From Chloropicon primus (lineage: Eukaryota): a stretch of 64,000 nucleotides of DNA. Under the pieces are notes generated by a model that worked only from the letters and a program-made list of their open reading frames with translations, did not search any database and was not told the origin of the DNA. How positions within the stretch are numbered: position 1 is the stretch's first letter; each line of letters opens with the position of its first letter. The stretch covers positions 434,001 to 498,000 of the forward strand of contig CP060760.1 in assembly GCA_023205875.1 (NCBI GenBank). Reading direction: 5' to 3'. The position numbers were made by a program, and so were the translations under genes. This document shows positions 44,974 to 55,338 of the stretch, in pieces.

Positions 44974-45693
44974 ATGACGACGTGTGTTTGGGGTTTGGCG
45001 GCCTGTCTCGTTGCGGCGGTGGTGTTCGGTCCTGGGTGTGCCCCGTCGATGGCCCAGGACGTGAGCAAGGCCCCCGAGGACTACAACATAAGGAAGGACG
45101 AGTGCATCTTCGAGGACAGGAAGGAGTTCCTCCTGGACCAGGCCAAGGGCAACGACGACTTTTCGACCTTGGTGAAGGCCCTGGAGTCCGTGCCGGACCT
45201 CATTCCGATCTTCGAGAACAAGAAGGACAAGCTCACGATCCTCGCGCCGACGAACGAGGCCTTCGCGACCTTCTTCAAGGACTTCAACTCCTCCGCGGAG
45301 GAGTTCCTCAAGGACAAGAACCTGGTCAAGCTGGTGCTCTCGTACCACGTCATCCCCAGCGTCGTGCCTTACAGCGACATGGAGATGGCCCTCAAGCCCC
45401 TGTTCATGTCCCAGGTCGGGGTCACCACGAGCGTCCCGGGGGACGACCTCTCCCTCACCAGGGTGAAGCCCGCCGGCAAGGACGAGTACGTGATCAGGTC
45501 CGCGGGGTATGCCAGCGCTGCGTATCTCTCCCCCGACAGCGTGTGGGCCTGCAACGGGGTGATCAACCCCATCAACTACGTCCTGGTCCCCAGGCAGGCC
45601 ACCATCACCAAGCCCTCCCTGAGGATCGCGAACGGCGGCAGCGGCGGCAACCCCAAGGACGGCGACGACGAGAAGAAGGACAAGGAGGGTTAG
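44974..45693 (+). CDS. Secreted fasciclin (FAS1) domain protein
   Basis: Signal peptide, DFSTLVKAL, H1 LTILAPTNEAF, VLSYHVIP, H2 ACNGVINPINYVLVP. Confidence 0.9.
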   Translation: MTTCVWGLAACLVAAVVFGPGCAPSMAQDVSKAPEDYNIRKDECIFEDRKEFLLDQAKGNDDFSTLVKALESVPDLIPIFENKKDKLTILAPTNEAFATFFKDFNSSAEEFLKDKNLVKLVLSYHVIPSVVPYSDMEMALKPLFMSQVGVTTSVPGDDLSLTRVKPAGKDEYVIRSAGYASAAYLSPDSVWACNGVINPINYVLVPRQATITKPSLRIANGGSGGNPKDGDDEKKDKEG

Positions 45694-46710
45694 GGTTAGT
45701 GGTCCGTGTGTGAAGCCGGAGGAGGTGGTGGTCGTGCCGTGGGTCGTGTCAAGAGACGCGCGAAGACGAAGGGGAGGAAAGAAGAAGAAAAAAAAGCAGA
45801 AAAAAATATATAGTTCAGTTCAGTTCAGTTCAGGTTCGGGCTCAGTTGCCCTCTTTTCTTTTTAAGTTGTATGAGAATGCAGCAGCCCGAGCGAGGAGAC
45901 GGCGGGTCGCCCAGCCGGAGGGGGGGGGGGCTGGTCGTCTTCGCCGTGGTCGCGGCTTGCTTGCGTTGTAAAACAAAACAAAATAGCTTTTTTTTTTAGC
46001 CAGCTTGACCACAGACCTGTGCACGCGCGCGCGCACAAGAGGAGGAGGAGGAGTTTGAAGGAGTGGAGGAGGAGATCTGCAAGGCAGATTTCATCCCGCC
46101 AAAGTAAGCCTCCCTCGCGGGTTCATCCATTGTCGTAGGTGGCGATCACGAGAGGGAAAGATAGATTGCACGACGGCCGTCACGGGTTGCAACTTGCAAC
46201 GACACGATGAACACGATGACACGATGTCCTCCTCCTCCCTCCCTCCCAACCCTCCTCCTCCACTACCATCACCTCCCTCCTCCTCCTCCTCCTCCATCGA
46301 ACAAAGGCTCTTTGGCAGGAGCAAGATCCAGTGGAAGGAGCAAGATCCAGTGGAAGAGGCCATGCAAGACCCAAACTCCTCCCTCCCAACCCCTCCTGCC
46401 TCCTCCTCCTTCCCTCTCCCTCTCTCACCATCATTTCCTTCCCATGGGATGAGCGGCCATGGCCATGGCAAACCCGCGTTCAAGCGACAGTGGGGCAAAA
46501 CCATGTTTGCCACTGGAACGAGCCCACATAGCCGCGCGATGCGGGACCATGTGCTCAGAACTCGACGGCCTCCGTCGACCACCGACAGACAAGTCCCGAA
46601 GAAGCGTTACAACTTCAGCCGTTACTCGCCTCATTGTTGTCGCGCACCAAGTTCCCTTTGCTTGCTTGCCTGCCTGCCTGCTTGCCTGCTTGTGACAGAC
46701 GTTGTCCGCG

Positions 46711-49700
46711 ATGATGACGCCAGCAGCCAAGAGGAGCGTGATGGGGTCCCTCCGCGGTCCCCTCGTCCTCCTCGTCGTCTTGCTCGCGACCGCCGTCGCC
46801 ACCCTGTCCTCCGCGGAGAGACTCGTGGCCCTGAACCAGGTCGACGCCTTCGCGCCCGAGCGCCAGTCCTCCAGGTCCCTGCTCGGTGCCTCGGCGACTG
46901 CCATGTCCATGGACATGTCGACGATCAAGTCCCGCGGGGGCACGGTGAACTTCGGCACCAGCGCCAGCAGTTACGCCGAGAAGGACGGGGAGATGGCCGT
47001 GGCCGACGCCATGAGCGACTCCGTCGTCATCAAGGACACCGTGGACACCCTTGAGGGCACGTCCATCAAGTCCAAGTCCGAGGACGAGGCCACTGTGACC
47101 TCGGAGAAGGGCAAGGCCACGACCAAGTCCAAGGCGAAGACCGATGGCATCGGCAGCATCATCGCGACCGAGGCCCAGTCGAGCGCCCGCTCCAACGACA
47201 GGGAGGGGGTGGTCGAGATCACCGGAAACGCCGCGGCCATCTCGGACGAGAAGGTTGGGACCGACAAGAGCAAGACCAAGATCACCGGCCACGGGTCCAT
47301 CGCCACCGGGTCTTCCCCGGACCACGAGGACGCCGCGGCTTCCGATGCCTCGATCACGTTCATGACCAAAGCGAAAGCGAAGAATACTGTTGGTGACGAA
47401 CCGACGTTTTCCCAGCAGAGATCGAGGGCGGACGCCACTCTCCAGGTCTTTGATGACGTCGCCGAGGACCAGTCCCGCGCCTCGTCGACCGCGGACATCG
47501 ACTTTGGCAGCGAGTCCCTCGCTCCAACCGCCAAGGTGGTGAAGACGGATGCCCATGCCGAGCTCGACACCTACGCCTTCGCGGACAGCGAGGAGACTGG
47601 CGAAGAGGCCGAGGCCAAGGCCGGCTCCGGCCTGCTGTACGCCGAGGGCGTGCGCAATGCTCCCGAGCTCGCCATGTCCGCAGCCCGTCTGGGCGCCTTC
47701 AGTTCCGCCGATGCGACTTTGTCCGACGCGAACGTCGCCAACTCCGGTGCCGGCGTCACGGCGCTCGCCTCGAGCACCAACGACATGATGGTCTCGTTCG
47801 GCGGCATGGGAAGGTCTTTCGCTGGATCCAAGCAGGGCGAGGACGGCCTCTCCGACTACGTGGGAGGAGGAATCACCGAATTCTCTGGTGGCGCTGACAC
47901 CAGCGGTTACGGTCCGTTCATTAACGCTGTCGAAGTGGGTGCCTCTGGAGGCTCCACGAGCGTTGCGGCCTCGTCCGCCTTGCCGAATTCGCTTGACGCT
48001 CGCTCGTCTGGACTGAATGACGGAGGTGCCTTCGTCGACATCGAGTCGTGGGGCCCATCCACCTCCAGCGACGCCATGATCAGTGGTTCTGCTACTGGCT
48101 TGGGATACGCCGTCGGAGCTGGAGCGGGATCGACCGGCATGCAGGAGGTCGCCGCGTACGTGTCGGCCGCGAATGGCGACGGCGAATTCAGGCTGTCCCC
48201 TGGTCCAAGCGCGATCAATGCTGGCATCAGCTACGGAAGCCGATCTGACAGCGCCGGAATGTTCGGACAGGCTGGCAGTTCTGCGGGCGTGAGGGCCAAC
48301 ACCTACGCCAACGGATACGGCGAGTCCTTCTCGGTGGCCAAGCCCCAAGCGATGCAGACGGCTTCGGGAAAAGTCCTCGCCATTTCCTCCGCTGGTGATT
48401 TGGAGGACGTCACGGTCGGCCAGAACTTCGGCAAGACCGAGATCACGGGTGCCATCAGCGCCGAGAATGAAGTCCCAATTTTCGCTGAGCGTGGCCCTAT
48501 GCGCTACTCGGCCGAGACGAGGCTCGGCCTTGAAGCCGACGCGGGCTCCGGCTACAACGCGGACGGCGACCTCGCGATTGGAGGCTCTTACAATTCCGAT
48601 GGATTTGTGTTCGCTGACGCGGACAGCGCCTACTCCAGCGTGGACGGTAACATTGATTCCCAGACCGGGGTCGAGACCGTTGCGGTAGGGTTTGATGCCT
48701 TTGACATCCCGGAATACTATGGCAAGAGCAAATTCTTCACCGGAGACTTTGCCGGAGCCAATGCGCGTGGAATGCAGAAGTCGAAGTTTGAGGCGTTGGC
48801 GGAAGGCCCCGTTCGCGCCTCGGTCGAGGCCGGATCCGACGCCGAGTCCAGCATCGTGCTGTCCAGACCCGTCATGGTCGCGGCGGACAGTGGATCTTAC
48901 GCAGACATCGCGGTCGATGGCCCTTATGTGGTTGGTACCACCAAAAGTATCCTCGACTCGATGGTGATGGCTGGAAGCAGCAGCAACAACATTGGCTTGA
49001 TCCCCAACCGTGACTGGAAGTACACGGCAGTGTTCAACAGCGGAAACGGCGTTGGCAGGCACACGGCCAGAGCCGAGGCGGACACGGAGAACGCTTACGG
49101 GTTCTCCGGAAGTTCGAGCCGCGTCAGATCTGGCGGTGCTACAAGCTCTGGAACTGGAAGCATGTTCGCCGAGTCCAGCACGGGCTTCGGCGGCTTTTCT
49201 GAGGTCGACACCACTGGTGAGGTTACGTCTGCCGATACCTCGATCGTGTCTGGGACCATGGTTATGGGTGACTCGGCAAACAGCGTCCCGCACGCCGGCT
49301 TCTACAACCAAATAGAGCGAGTAAGTCTCGAGAACAATGTCGAGGGCTACGACTCGTACAGCTCCATTGACGCCGGAGTTAGCGCCGAGGGTGCCGCCAC
49401 GCCTTACTGGGCCGTCGGCGACGGCTCCACCGACGCGAATGCTGGGTTCTACAGCACCGAGCCAGGCCACGTTGGCCACATGGCCATCTCGGATACCACA
49501 TCCGGAGTGCTCCACCCCGGCGACATGACCGAGAGCGTGTGGATCACCAATGACGGCGTTCTCATGGCCGGGGTGGCCGGCACACTTGGTGGTGAATACG
49601 CATTCAGAATTGGTGACGGAATCTTGGGCGCCACTGCCGACGGGAACGACGACTCCCTCGACCTGTCCCTGAGAGCGATGGGCTTGGGCATCGCCGTTGG

Positions 49701-50181
49701 TGGAGCCGGTGCCTTTGCCGTCGAAGGCCACGAGGTCGCCGGTGCGGGCGCCGTCGGAAGAGGCGTGGGAGGAGCCATCGCGGATGTCAGGTCCGAGGTG
49801 GAGCCCTACAAGGGCTACGACGGAGAGGTTTACGTTGCCACGAACACCGTCCAGGATACCGGATCGCTCAAGTTCGTCTCGAACGAGATGGTTTTGGACG
49901 CCGGGGCCACGGCCAAGGCCATGGGCTCGGGCACCGCCGACGCCAAGGAGCGAGAGATTAGCCGACCCGGGTTCAACGGGATCGAAGGCAAGCTGGACAT
50001 CACCGCAGGGGCCGACGTCATGGTCGCTGCCGAGGCTGGAACACAATGGGACGCGACGTCCTGGAACGCGTTCAACAGAGTCGACGGATTTGGCGAAGCC
50101 GGGCTCATGCTCGGCACGGGTGGAGAGAGGACGGCGGTCAATCGCGAAAGGATTCACTCGAGTGGGACGGACAGTGAGTGA
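46711..50181 (+). CDS. Giant secreted Ala/Gly/Ser/Thr/Asp-rich protein of unknown function (~1,156 aa)
   Basis: Uninterrupted ORF with host-like codon bias, hydrophobic signal PLVLLVVLLATAVATLSSA, SRSLL motif, and no Cys. Confidence 0.85.
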   Translation: MMTPAAKRSVMGSLRGPLVLLVVLLATAVATLSSAERLVALNQVDAFAPERQSSRSLLGASATAMSMDMSTIKSRGGTVNFGTSASSYAEKDGEMAVADAMSDSVVIKDTVDTLEGTSIKSKSEDEATVTSEKGKATTKSKAKTDGIGSIIATEAQSSARSNDREGVVEITGNAAAISDEKVGTDKSKTKITGHGSIATGSSPDHEDAAASDASITFMTKAKAKNTVGDEPTFSQQRSRADATLQVFDDVAEDQSRASSTADIDFGSESLAPTAKVVKTDAHAELDTYAFADSEETGEEAEAKAGSGLLYAEGVRNAPELAMSAARLGAFSSADATLSDANVANSGAGVTALASSTNDMMVSFGGMGRSFAGSKQGEDGLSDYVGGGITEFSGGADTSGYGPFINAVEVGASGGSTSVAASSALPNSLDARSSGLNDGGAFVDIESWGPSTSSDAMISGSATGLGYAVGAGAGSTGMQEVAAYVSAANGDGEFRLSPGPSAINAGISYGSRSDSAGMFGQAGSSAGVRANTYANGYGESFSVAKPQAMQTASGKVLAISSAGDLEDVTVGQNFGKTEITGAISAENEVPIFAERGPMRYSAETRLGLEADAGSGYNADGDLAIGGSYNSDGFVFADADSAYSSVDGNIDSQTGVETVAVGFDAFDIPEYYGKSKFFTGDFAGANARGMQKSKFEALAEGPVRASVEAGSDAESSIVLSRPVMVAADSGSYADIAVDGPYVVGTTKSILDSMVMAGSSSNNIGLIPNRDWKYTAVFNSGNGVGRHTARAEADTENAYGFSGSSSRVRSGGATSSGTGSMFAESSTGFGGFSEVDTTGEVTSADTSIVSGTMVMGDSANSVPHAGFYNQIERVSLENNVEGYDSYSSIDAGVSAEGAATPYWAVGDGSTDANAGFYSTEPGHVGHMAISDTTSGVLHPGDMTESVWITNDGVLMAGVAGTLGGEYAFRIGDGILGATADGNDDSLDLSLRAMGLGIAVGGAGAFAVEGHEVAGAGAVGRGVGGAIADVRSEVEPYKGYDGEVYVATNTVQDTGSLKFVSNEMVLDAGATAKAMGSGTADAKEREISRPGFNGIEGKLDITAGADVMVAAEAGTQWDATSWNAFNRVDGFGEAGLMLGTGGERTAVNRERIHSSGTDSE

Positions 50182-50689
50182 GTGGATGTTTGGAATGGAG
50201 TGACAGACAAGTGGTGGCGTGAGGACGACGAAGAGGATCAAGACATGAAGAAGAACGCCACACACACAGGAGGAGGAAGTCCTTAAAATTTTCTTTTTGC
50301 TTTCTTCTCCGCTTGCAAGCGCAAATGCATGATAGAATGACAGAACTTTACTTTTTCTACCAATTGCTCTGCCAACCCCCTCCCTCCCTCCCCCTCCCTC
50401 TCTCTCTCGTGTTGGACTTGGACCCTGGCCTCCTCCCCCTCAAAAAAAAAAACAGAAAAAAAAAGTCTGCGCAAGATCAAGATCTCAAATCTTATCCATG
50501 GGATGAGGGGCCCAAATTTTCGGGAGCACAGCAACGTCTGCGCTGTGGGCTGCCGCTGTGGCGTCCTCGTCGTCGTGATTGGGGAATGCCGGTACGCGGG
50601 ACCGGAACAAAAGAACGGGAGGCCAGGCGAACGACCACAAGGACTTGTCTCCCCGGTCGAGTCGACTACTAGCTTCCACTTGACAAGCA

Positions 50690-53600
50690 ATGTCGCATTC
50701 GAGAAGAACAACGAGAGCCGCGAGGAGGACGTCTTCGTCCTTGGTGGCGATGATGGTGACCATCATCACGACCCTCCTCGTGCTGCTGGTGCTGGCGCCG
50801 AGTGCGATGGCATCCGAGAACTCCTATGCGTCGACCTCGGCCACGGGCGGGGGCGTCGCGGGCAAGGGGGGCAAGCTCGAGATCGGTTCCCGCGCCACGA
50901 GCGGGGCCTCCGACATGGGCAACCTCGTCCAGTCCGGGTCCCAGGCCGACTCGATGGTGATCGTGAGGGGCGAAGACGGCGTGTCCCCAGTGCCGGACAT
51001 TCACACCCCCGTGTCCCAGTCCTCCTCGACGGCGTACTCGTCGAACGGCCCCAAGCCTTACGGTAACGCGGCGGTGGAGTCGAGCGCCCACACCGTGGGC
51101 AAGGGGGGCGCGGCCTCCGGGGCCTCGGCCTCGACCAGGGTGCAGAGGAGGGACAACAAGCACAGCCCCAAGACAAAGAGCAAAGATCCCGTGCAGCTGG
51201 GTCTGGCCATCGCCTCCGGGGCGGCGAGCGCGGGCTCCCAGGGCCACTCCGAGTCCAGCACGAGGGTCGACGCGACGTCCAACACCCACGCGAGGGACCG
51301 GGACTCTGCGAGTTACGGCGTGGCCTCCGGGAGCCAGCACGGCCAGGCCAGGGGCTCCCTCGGCACCAGCATCATTTCCAACATCCTGATCCAGGTGGAG
51401 GCCCAGGCCAACCAGGACCACGAGACCAAGGCCATCGCGGACCTCCAGTCCCACACGGACGTGTACGGAGACCAGGAGGCCGTGACCGGGACGACGTCCG
51501 CCGCCATGGCGGGCGCCTCGACCTTCGACAGCGGCTTGGTCGGGAACGACCTCAACCTCGCGGGAGGGGACTCGGAGGCGGAGGCCTCGACGTCCGCGTT
51601 CGTGGACAGCTTCGGCCTGGAGCTTCACGGCGGCTCCGCCGCGAGCGGGGGCGACGTGCAGGCCTACGCCGGGGTGGACACCGCCACGACGGAGGACCTC
51701 TACCACGTGGGCCACGACCTGGGCGGCGCAGCGGGGGCTGACGCCCTGGCCTACGCCGGGGGCCACGCCTTCGGCAGGACCAAGGGATTCACCGACACCG
51801 AGTCCGTGTCCAACTTGTACGGCGAGACCAAGGCCGTTACGGACACGTTCGCTGTGGGCACCGGCGTGTCCAATGTCCAGGGAGTTTCCAGGAACGTGAT
51901 CGAGGGGTCTTCGGTCTCCCTGGGCCCCGGGGTCAACAGCAATGTGGTGTACGGAGACGCTTCCGCGACGTCTTACGGCGCGGCTTCCTTTGGGCCCGGC
52001 CACGTCACCGGGGGAGCGCAGATCGGCGGCGATGCCAACCTCTTCACCGTCGCCACCGGGTACGACACAGACACCTCTGCGGACATCGACGGGTATGGTG
52101 ACGTCGAGGCCACGACCGTGTCGCCAAAGGTCGGATCCGGGTCTTCCTCCCAGGCCGGGGCCTACGGTGCGGCGGACGTCGACAGTCGGGCCGGCGGTTA
52201 CAACGCTTACGACGACGAGCACTCCAGGGCGGCCACGCTCATGTCCTCCGGAGCCTACAACGCTGTGGTGGCCTCGGAGAGCAGCGTGGCCGAGGGACCA
52301 GAAGCTGTGTCCTACGGTGCGGGAAGTGGACGGGCGAAGACTGCGGCGACGGGACCTCTCACCGCGACCAGCGATCAGGCCACCGGCTTTGCATCCACGA
52401 ACGCCCTCGGTAACGACCTCGGTGGCATCGCCCCCGCCGGGGGCCAGGCTTCCACCCTCACGGAGGGCGAGGTTCTCACAATGACCCAGGCAGCGTCCAA
52501 TGCCCAGGACATGGGCCACGCCACGTACCTCGAGTCCGGTGGCGTCGCCACCGCGGACTCCATGTCGATGTCCAAGACCAATCCGTTAACGGCCGGTGCC
52601 GGTTACTTGGATATGGGGCTGTCGTCCGGCTCGGGTGCCGTGGGAGGCAGTATGTCCATGTCCACCGGCCAGGGTAACGCCGCAAGCCATGGTGGGTTCT
52701 CCACCATCGATGCCCTCATCATGTCTGACACGTCCTCGGAGACCATTGTGGGCTCGGCCTCCGCCATGGAGGACGCTTACCTCAAGGACAAGTTCGGCCT
52801 TGACATCGTGCCGAGCGCTGCCGGGGCTGGAGTGGCGTCGGCTTCCGGAATGGGAGGCGTCGACCTCGATGGGCAGGCCGTTCAGTACACTGCGCATGAC
52901 GGGTCCCTCGAGGCTTACGGAGAGTTCTTGGGCGAGAGTGACGCGGAGTCGTACGCGGAGATCTCGAACATCGCGACCGCTGCCGTGGATGAGGCTGGCA
53001 ACTACGCCAGAGCCGGCAGCATGGGGCAAGCGGAGGGCCGAGGATCCGGTAACGCGGTTGCCAACACGATTAGCGACGACAGCAACATCGGATTCTCTGC
53101 TGGCGGAGGGGGTGACTCGCAGGCAAGCACCGGTGCTGCCATCTTTGCTCCGCAGCCGGGGTACGATCCGGTCCACGACGCGACGACGGGCATCTCCGTG
53201 GCGGAGACGGACGGCAGCGGAGGGGGTCTGGCGATCGGGCAAACTGCTGGCGGAGTCTCCCTGGTCAGCGGATCTGCGGGCGGTGTCGGAGAGTCCAAGG
53301 CCTCCGCGGAGACCGTGGCGAGGCCTGGGGACCGCATGGCCACCTCGGTGTCCGCTGCGGAGGGAACGGGAGACGGCGGAGCCCTCACCCAGACCTCGGG
53401 AGATCAGACCACGGCCGGGGCCCAGGCTTACAACAGCGGGACTGCCAAGGGCGGCTCGAACCAGGTGGCTCTGATCGACGACGGAGGCCTCCTGGCCGGC
53501 GACCAGACCGGGTGGACCTACGACGCGATGTCCGGATCCATGACGGCTGCGACCGCGGTGGGCGACAATGCGGTGGCCTACCTCGAGGGCATGGCCATTG

Positions 53601-54409
53601 CCGTCGGGGACACCGTCCCGGGGGCCCCGACCCCCTTCGGATTCGCGGACGCGTACACCGGGGGCCACGCCGACGGAGAGCAGTTCCTCGGACAGACCGG
53701 GTCCATGTCCGCCGTCGAGGTGGACATCCAGGTTCCCGGCGTTGGCAACGACGTCATCCAGACGGACTTCCACGACGGGAAGATCACCGGCGGCTTCTCC
53801 GCCACGAAGGGACTCGCGTTCGGGAACGGCCAGGGTCTCGCGTCCTCCTCCGCGGACGAGAACGAGGGGGCCACCAAGGCCGCCGCCCGGACCAACGCCC
53901 TCGGGTTCGGAGCGGGCGTGGGAGCTTCCATCGGGCTCAGGAAGGACGGCCTGGACGCCGCCTTCGGGGCCGGATCCGGCCTGAGCTTCGCCCTGGCCGA
54001 CGGTAGCGCCAAGCTCCCCGGCTCCGAGCCGAGCCTCTTGACCGTGGGCCGCTCCGGGGGCGCCTCCCGGGGCTTTGCCCTCAACGACGGGAGGTACGAG
54101 GGCATCGGCCACGGGGCCACGTCTGGCGACGGCCTCGTGCACGCCGCGGAAGGGGAGTCGACCGCCGAGTCAAGCTCCCTGGCGACCGGATGGGGTGGCG
54201 CCATCGTCGAGAGCGGCGACTACGCGGCGGACGTCCTCGCCATCGGCCACGGCTTTGGCATCGCCGGGGGCCAGGCCCTCATCGAGGACGCGGGTGTCGG
54301 AAGCTCCGTGCACTACGAGTCCGGGTCCTCCGTGGACGTGGGACCCGTGCCTTACAGGAACAACCAGCCCATTCCAGACGGACGCCGCCTGCTCGCCGGC
54401 CTCGTGTGA
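50690..54409 (+). CDS. Second giant secreted Ala/Gly/Ser/Thr/Asp-rich protein of unknown function (~1,239 aa)
   Basis: Uninterrupted ORF, signal MMVTIITTLLVLLVLAPSAMA, no Cys, C-terminal DGRRLLAGLV. Confidence 0.85.
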   Translation: MSHSRRTTRAARRTSSSLVAMMVTIITTLLVLLVLAPSAMASENSYASTSATGGGVAGKGGKLEIGSRATSGASDMGNLVQSGSQADSMVIVRGEDGVSPVPDIHTPVSQSSSTAYSSNGPKPYGNAAVESSAHTVGKGGAASGASASTRVQRRDNKHSPKTKSKDPVQLGLAIASGAASAGSQGHSESSTRVDATSNTHARDRDSASYGVASGSQHGQARGSLGTSIISNILIQVEAQANQDHETKAIADLQSHTDVYGDQEAVTGTTSAAMAGASTFDSGLVGNDLNLAGGDSEAEASTSAFVDSFGLELHGGSAASGGDVQAYAGVDTATTEDLYHVGHDLGGAAGADALAYAGGHAFGRTKGFTDTESVSNLYGETKAVTDTFAVGTGVSNVQGVSRNVIEGSSVSLGPGVNSNVVYGDASATSYGAASFGPGHVTGGAQIGGDANLFTVATGYDTDTSADIDGYGDVEATTVSPKVGSGSSSQAGAYGAADVDSRAGGYNAYDDEHSRAATLMSSGAYNAVVASESSVAEGPEAVSYGAGSGRAKTAATGPLTATSDQATGFASTNALGNDLGGIAPAGGQASTLTEGEVLTMTQAASNAQDMGHATYLESGGVATADSMSMSKTNPLTAGAGYLDMGLSSGSGAVGGSMSMSTGQGNAASHGGFSTIDALIMSDTSSETIVGSASAMEDAYLKDKFGLDIVPSAAGAGVASASGMGGVDLDGQAVQYTAHDGSLEAYGEFLGESDAESYAEISNIATAAVDEAGNYARAGSMGQAEGRGSGNAVANTISDDSNIGFSAGGGGDSQASTGAAIFAPQPGYDPVHDATTGISVAETDGSGGGLAIGQTAGGVSLVSGSAGGVGESKASAETVARPGDRMATSVSAAEGTGDGGALTQTSGDQTTAGAQAYNSGTAKGGSNQVALIDDGGLLAGDQTGWTYDAMSGSMTAATAVGDNAVAYLEGMAIAVGDTVPGAPTPFGFADAYTGGHADGEQFLGQTGSMSAVEVDIQVPGVGNDVIQTDFHDGKITGGFSATKGLAFGNGQGLASSSADENEGATKAAARTNALGFGAGVGASIGLRKDGLDAAFGAGSGLSFALADGSAKLPGSEPSLLTVGRSGGASRGFALNDGRYEGIGHGATSGDGLVHAAEGESTAESSSLATGWGGAIVESGDYAADVLAIGHGFGIAGGQALIEDAGVGSSVHYESGSSVDVGPVPYRNNQPIPDGRRLLAGLV

Positions 54410-54570
54410 CCGAGACCGAGGAGTCAAAAAAACCAATAACAGCCGAGCTTGACAGACAACAACAATGAGAGAGAGAAAAAAAACCAATCCTTGCATGTGC
54501 CTTGGTGCGTGTTCTATAATGTATTAATGCAACAACCTTTTACCCTTCAACTCCAACTCCAACTCCAACT

Positions 54571-54610
<40 letters not shown>

Positions 54611-55338
54611 CCGCCATCCCATGGCCACCTTGGCTTCCAAGCTCCCGCCTTTGCTGGGCTCAAACGTCCCATCACTTTTTTTCTTCTTTTCGCGCCACTG
54701 GCAGAAAGGAGAAATCTACTCTCGTAACGCACGCCCGGGCCGTTTTTTTTTGAACTTGATGCTTTTCATCGTCGTATTCGTCATACGACCGAACGATTGA
54801 GGTGCGAGATCCACACTCAGTGTTTCGTCTCTCGTAGAATATGGGGGGGTTGTTGATATTTCGCCGGCGCGCTGGTGGTGCTCCAAGGCGAAGGGCGGGG
54901 ACGACGAGGCGTCGATCGATCGATCGATCGTTTTGCGGAGAGGAGAGAGAGCTCGAGTGAGACCGCCTCCGAGGCACCTGCGTCAGGCTGTCGATCGGTA
55001 TCCTCGCAGCGGCTTTCGAGGGTTTTGGATGGAGGGAAGCTTCTTCGTCGTCGTCGTCTTCTCTCTGTCTCTGTCTTGTTCTTGTTGTGCACGTGTTTGA
55101 GTTGTTTGCTCTGTTGCTCGCTGGGCTTGGCGCTTGAGGAGGAGGAGGAGGAGGAGGAGCATCCGCATCGGCTTCCGTCCTCCAAGGATCGCGAGGCGGT
55201 GTCCTCCCCGACGTACGTTGCTGCGTTTTCGCGGTTTGCGCGCGTTCGCCGTTGCTCGTTGTTGGGCACGAGCTCTCGGGTCGTCCTGTCCTCCCCGGAA
55301 CTCGGCTGGACTCGGCTCATCGCGGTGCCATTGTCGCC

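Noticed and set aside
46318..46355. 19-bp direct tandem duplication GGAGCAAGATCCAGTGGAA within ORF 46194-47054
   Set aside because: Only two copies, consistent with local slippage. The ORF is low-complexity and out of frame with the real gene.
46615..50265. 1,216-aa antisense ORF, plus antisense ORFs 50669-52519 and 52586-54142
   Set aside because: These are shadows of the plus-strand genes. GC3-biased codon use leaves few antisense stops, and the translations are Arg/Gly/Val-rich with no motifs.
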